Source: an uncultured delta proteobacterium
GTDB lineage: Bacteria; Desulfobacterota; Desulfomonilia; UBA1062
Reading direction: 5' to 3'
DNA length: 64,000 nt
Assembly (NCBI GenBank): GCA_963798485.1
Contig: CAWCTR010000014.1
Coordinates: forward strand, 224,001 to 288,000
Positions 60,089 through 64,000 of the stretch are shown piece by piece (position 1 is the stretch's first letter; each line of letters opens with the position of its first letter). A program made the position numbers and the translations under genes. The notes below the pieces were generated by a model. The model was given only the letters and a program-made list of their open reading frames with translations, searched no databases and was not told the DNA's origin.

Positions 60089-60778
60089 ATGATTCCGGAC
60101 ATGATACAATATTGTGAGGCCTCCGCTACCGTGGACAGCGACAACCCGGTGGTCATCGAGTTTGCCAAGAGGAACACTGGCAGTTCCCCTGACCCCAAGG
60201 GGCAGGCCATAAGCCTGTTCTATGCAGTCAGGGATGGGATACGATACGACCCGTATACCCTCGACCTAACCGTGGGCGGGCTGAAGGCGAGTACGACACT
60301 GGGCGCCAAAAGGGGTTGGTGTGTGTCTAAGGCAATACTTCTGGCGGCCTGCTGCCGTGTTGTGGATATTCCTGCCCGGCTCGGTTTTGCCGACGTGCGC
60401 AACCACCTGACAACTACGCGCATGCGTGCGCTCATGAAGACCGACGTGTTCTTCTGGCATGGGTATACGTCAATCTTTCTGGATGGGCAGTGGGTAAAGG
60501 CAACGCCTGCCTTTAATAGAGAGCTCTGCGAGAAATTCAGGCTTCGCCCCTTAGAGTTTGACGGCATAACCGATTCTATCTACCACCCCTTTGACCTTGA
60601 GGGTAACAAGCACATGGAATACCTCAGGTATCGGGGAGAATTCGTCGATGTCCCGCTGAATGACATGATGGATACCTTCCGCAGGGAGTATCAGCCTGAC
60701 GTGTCCTGGAAGGACGAGTCATGGAAACAGGATGCTGACTTCGACAGAGAGGTCGAGCAGGAGAAGTCGAAAGGATAA
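60089..60778 (+). CDS. Transglutaminase-like protein
   Basis: VRDGIRYDPY, GWCVSKA, WHGY, WVKATPAF. Confidence 0.85.
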   Translation: MIPDMIQYCEASATVDSDNPVVIEFAKRNTGSSPDPKGQAISLFYAVRDGIRYDPYTLDLTVGGLKASTTLGAKRGWCVSKAILLAACCRVVDIPARLGFADVRNHLTTTRMRALMKTDVFFWHGYTSIFLDGQWVKATPAFNRELCEKFRLRPLEFDGITDSIYHPFDLEGNKHMEYLRYRGEFVDVPLNDMMDTFRREYQPDVSWKDESWKQDADFDREVEQEKSKG

Positions 60779-60781
60779 ACT

Positions 60782-61285
60782 GTGGGGCAACATAAGCCCA
60801 ATATCGAGATTGTCAGAGGTTATCTCCCCGGGGCAATCGGAAGGGTTGCCGAGCTTAATGGGACCTACTATCACAAGAATTGGGGGTTCGGGCTCATCTT
60901 CGAGGCCATGTGCGCCACTGACCTTTCGGAATTTCTCAAGCGTTATGATGAAACCCAAGACGGCTTCTGGACTGCCAGGCTTGATGGCCGCATTGAAGGC
61001 CATCTTTCCATCGACGGGATTCATTCTGACACCAAAGGGGCACATTTGCGGTACTTCATCGTGTCGGATGGCATAAGGGGCCAAGGGGTCGGCAACAGGC
61101 TCATGACTACGGCAATGGATTTCTGCAGAAGCAGCGGCCACAAGCAGGTGTATCTCTGGACCTTCGAAGGCTTGTGGGCGGCAAGGCGCCTGTATGAAAA
61201 GGCCGGGTTCAGGCTTGCTGAGCAGCGCAGGGGTTCCCAGTGGGGTGTCGAGGTTAATGAGCAACGGTTCGAGCTGTTTTTCTGA
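60782..61285 (+). CDS. GNAT acetyltransferase
   Basis: RGQGVG, LWT, ARRLYEKAGF. Confidence 0.9.
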   Translation: MGQHKPNIEIVRGYLPGAIGRVAELNGTYYHKNWGFGLIFEAMCATDLSEFLKRYDETQDGFWTARLDGRIEGHLSIDGIHSDTKGAHLRYFIVSDGIRGQGVGNRLMTTAMDFCRSSGHKQVYLWTFEGLWAARRLYEKAGFRLAEQRRGSQWGVEVNEQRFELFF

Positions 61286-61360
61286 CCAGCCTCTCAAGCA
61301 ATCGGACCGTTATAGAATATATCGAGGACACTGTTGTCGATGTAAGGCAAATCGTAGAAA

Positions 61361-61434
61361 GTAATATAAGCGGCTTCAGCCGCGATTGGAATCAATGGTT
61401 CACAATACTTTATCGCGCCTGAAGGTGCTCCTAC
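61361..61434. repeat. GTAG-family REP doublet (REPIN-like)
   Basis: AGCGGCTTCAGCCGCGAT...ATCGCGCCTGAAGGTGCTCCTAC; right arm reverse-complements to GTAGGAGCACCTTCAGGCGCGAT. Confidence 0.6.
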
Positions 61435-61571
61435 TTTAACCTTAAACCACTGCGCACGAAACTGCTATGGTCATATTCAGATGCATAATATGGGTTAAAC
61501 CTTGCCCATCAACAGACCCCATGATAATGAATATTCAAGCTATAACATCCACCCCTGATGAGGTTGTGCCT

Positions 61572-62282
61572 ATGCATATCAACAATGTAAGATTCCATCC
61601 TGAGAGCTATCCGGCGAACAACACCTACCCATTCAATCTCCAGGCCTTTCACAGCACCCCTGGCCTTACCTTTGAAACAAACATCACCTTTTTCATCGGC
61701 GAGAACGGCTCGGGCAAATCCACACTGCTCAAGGCCATTGCCAGGCGCTGCGGCATACACATCTGGGAGGAGGAGCGTGGGCGCTTCGGTAATAATCCCT
61801 ACGAGGAGGATCTTTTCAAGTACATCGATGTTTCCTGGAGCGATGACAAGAAACCCGGTGCGTTCTTCTCCTCTGAGAGATACCAGCACCTTGCCAAGAT
61901 CATTGATGAGTGGGCCATATCAGACCCAAAGCTGCTGGACTACTTCGGAGGGAAGTCCCTTATGTCGCAGTCCCACGGAGAATCTTTCATGGCATTCTTT
62001 CAATCACGCTACAAAATCGAAGGGCTCTACTTCCTGGATGAGCCTGAGACCGCGCTTTCACCTCGCAGACAGATTGAATTCGTGCGGTTGCTTATGAACC
62101 AGAGCAGGGACGGCCATGCCCAGTTCATCATAGCAACTCACTCGCCCATCCTGCTCAGCTGCCCGGGTGCCACAATAGTATCCTTTGATCATCAGGCATT
62201 GAAGATACTTGCTTATGACCAGAGTGATTACTACCTCATCTACCGTGACTTCCTGCTCAACCGCGAGAAATATCTCGTTTAA
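61572..62282 (+). CDS. AAA/ABC-type ATPase (COG3910-like)
   Basis: GENGSGKS, QSHGESF, LDEPETALSP, ATHSP. Confidence 0.85.
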   Translation: MHINNVRFHPESYPANNTYPFNLQAFHSTPGLTFETNITFFIGENGSGKSTLLKAIARRCGIHIWEEERGRFGNNPYEEDLFKYIDVSWSDDKKPGAFFSSERYQHLAKIIDEWAISDPKLLDYFGGKSLMSQSHGESFMAFFQSRYKIEGLYFLDEPETALSPRRQIEFVRLLMNQSRDGHAQFIIATHSPILLSCPGATIVSFDHQALKILAYDQSDYYLIYRDFLLNREKYLV

Positions 62283-62363
62283 TGCATAGATATCCCTTAA
62301 ATTTATGACTTCAAATGAAATTATCTGTTGACAAGTACGATTGTTGATCGTATAGCTGATCTT

Positions 62364-62576
62364 ATGAAGGTTACAGCACTCATACCCAATGATCTCATTA
62401 ATGAACTTAGGCATTATACCAATGGTAAAACCTTAACAGAAAGTTTGACTATTGCGCTTGAGGAATGGCTTGCACTCAAGAAGATTAAGGAATTGAACGA
62501 GAGCGTGAAAGACAAGCCACTCGAATTTTCAAAGGGTTTTTCGGCAGAGAACGTACGTTCAGTAAATCGCAGATAA
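62364..62576 (+). CDS. VapB-type antitoxin
   Basis: 70 aa, RHH-like MKVTALIP..L; overlaps the PIN gene start. Confidence 0.7.
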   Translation: MKVTALIPNDLINELRHYTNGKTLTESLTIALEEWLALKKIKELNESVKDKPLEFSKGFSAENVRSVNRR

Positions 62577-62953
62577 TGGTTATCCTCGATACCTCTATCT
62601 GGATTGAGTTTTTCAAGGTTAACGACGAAATTTTCCCTGCAGTTAAAATACTATTGGAGGGTCGTAAAATAATCGGTCTGGAGTGGATATTCGCCGAGCT
62701 TCTTCAAGGAGCCAAGAACAAGCGTGAATCCGATTTAATCCTGGGTTATTGGAACAATATATCCAAGATTGATGCACAGGGCATATGGATAGAGGCAGGT
62801 AAGTATTCAAATGCGACCAAGCTGCTGTCAAAAGGTGTAGGTTTGATAGATGCAGCCATAATGAGTGCCGCCTTGAGATTGGATGCTGATGTCTGGACCC
62901 TTGATCGGAAACTCGACGCGGTGTTGCCGGTGCATCTCCGCTTTCAAGCCTGA
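62576..62953 (+). CDS. VapC PIN-domain toxin
   Basis: ILDTSIWIE, ELLQG, DAAI, WTLD. Confidence 0.85.
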   Translation: MVILDTSIWIEFFKVNDEIFPAVKILLEGRKIIGLEWIFAELLQGAKNKRESDLILGYWNNISKIDAQGIWIEAGKYSNATKLLSKGVGLIDAAIMSAALRLDADVWTLDRKLDAVLPVHLRFQA

Positions 62954-63005
62954 GATATAGAAAACAGCGCATTCATCGGCACCTCTCTAGAATCTGAAAA
63001 ACAAA

Positions 63006-63031
63006 ACGGCCCCTGTAAAACCGGGGGCCGT
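63006..63031. terminator. Intrinsic terminator between convergent genes
   Basis: ACGGCCCCTG-TAAAAC-CGGGGGCCGT, A run on the left (T tract on - strand). Confidence 0.7.
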
Positions 63032-63059
63032 CAAACTTTGCAGCTAAGCAAATCCGTTT

Positions 63060-64000
63060 TTATCTCAGCGCTTCTGCAACAACCTCTGCGATGTCCTTTA
63101 CCGCAACCTTATCTGCGTTCTTGTCTTTCAGACCATCCTCGAACATGGTCATGCAGTAGGGGCATGTCACGCATACGGTGTCGGGGTTCTTCTTAAGGGC
63201 TTCAGATACCCGTTCCAGATTGATGCGGGTGCCGAGGTGCTCTTCCATCCACATCCTGCCGCCGCCTGCGCCGCAGCAAAAGGACTTGCTGCCGGTGCGG
63301 TCCATCTCCGTGGGGGCCTTGCCTGTTGCCTTACTGATGATGCTCCTTGGTGATTCGTAGATGTCGTTGTGCCTTCCGAGGTAGCACGAGTCATGGAATA
63401 CGACCTTGCCCATGTCGGCAGACTTCTTGAGTTTCAGCTTGCCTTTGGCGAGAAGGTCATTGATGAAGTCTGCATGGTGGATCACCTCTCCATCAAAGCC
63501 ATATTGTTTGTAATCATTTTTCAGGGTGGAGAAGCAGTGCGGGCAAAGGGTAATGATCTTTTTTACGCCCTTGTCCTTGAAGGTCTTCACATTATCTTTG
63601 GCCATCTTGTCGAACACAAACTCGTTGCCCAGCCTGCGCACACTGTCGCCGCAGCACAGCTCATCTTTGCCCAGTATGCCCCAGGAGATTCCGGCTGCAT
63701 CGAGGATGTTTGCCAGGGCCAGGGTTATGAGCTTGTTCCTCGAGTCAAATGCCCCGGCGCAGCCCACATACAGCAGGTACTCACTGGATGCATCGAAGGG
63801 TTTCACGTTGATCTGCGAGCACCACTTGGTCCTCTCGGTGGGCGCTATGCCCCACGGATTACTGCGCTGTTCCATATTCTCAAAGAGGTTCAACAGCTCT
63901 TCGGGAAAATGGGACTTCATCTCTACCAGATATCGCCTGAGCTGGAGCAGCTTGGGCATCTGCTCGATAAATACCGGGCAGACCTCCATGCATGCGCCGC
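63060..64000 (-). CDS. CCG-domain Fe-S oxidoreductase (HdrD/GlpC-like), 5' partial
   Basis: ACMEVCP, YVGC, CCGD, CPHC, HDSCYLGR, CCGAGGG, CPYC; open at window edge. Confidence 0.85.
   Translation of the reverse strand, partial: GACMEVCPVFIEQMPKLLQLRRYLVEMKSHFPEELLNLFENMEQRSNPWGIAPTERTKWCSQINVKPFDASSEYLLYVGCAGAFDSRNKLITLALANILDAAGISWGILGKDELCCGDSVRRLGNEFVFDKMAKDNVKTFKDKGVKKIITLCPHCFSTLKNDYKQYGFDGEVIHHADFINDLLAKGKLKLKKSADMGKVVFHDSCYLGRHNDIYESPRSIISKATGKAPTEMDRTGSKSFCCGAGGGRMWMEEHLGTRINLERVSEALKKNPDTVCVTCPYCMTMFEDGLKDKNADKVAVKDIAEVVAEALR

Overview
Bacterial chromosome window, probably from an anaerobic deltaproteobacterium (Desulfobacterota-like; inferred from gene content). Housekeeping flanks: plsC tail, tamB plus an Omp85 gene, a FadR-glpD-alkyl-DHAP-synthase-like operon, a DRTGG/PHP/kinase cluster, carbonic anhydrase, satP, aspA-hydF, patB, rhlE, vapBC and a CCG Fe-S oxidoreductase. 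Between them is a mosaic region (~15.5-49 kb) with many gene scars. The window has a group 3b and a group 3d [NiFe]-hydrogenase operon. Two things stand out. (1) Three fluoride (crcB-class) riboswitches lie within 5.2 kb, ahead of a dynamin-like GTPase plus CPA2 antiporter, a leader ORF plus variant HIT protein plus enolase fragment, and a truncated MutS-related gene; there is no Fluc or CLC-F exporter in the window. (2) A module occurs twice: a 94-aa signal-peptide protein ending TLYARPPP-x-stop (RAPP-like ribosome-arrest motif) directly upstream of pal or a degenerate pal, with a conserved alternative RNA pairing onto the pal RBS. The leader appears derived from the adjacent secreted-protein gene. 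All calls are from reading motifs by eye; no searches were run.
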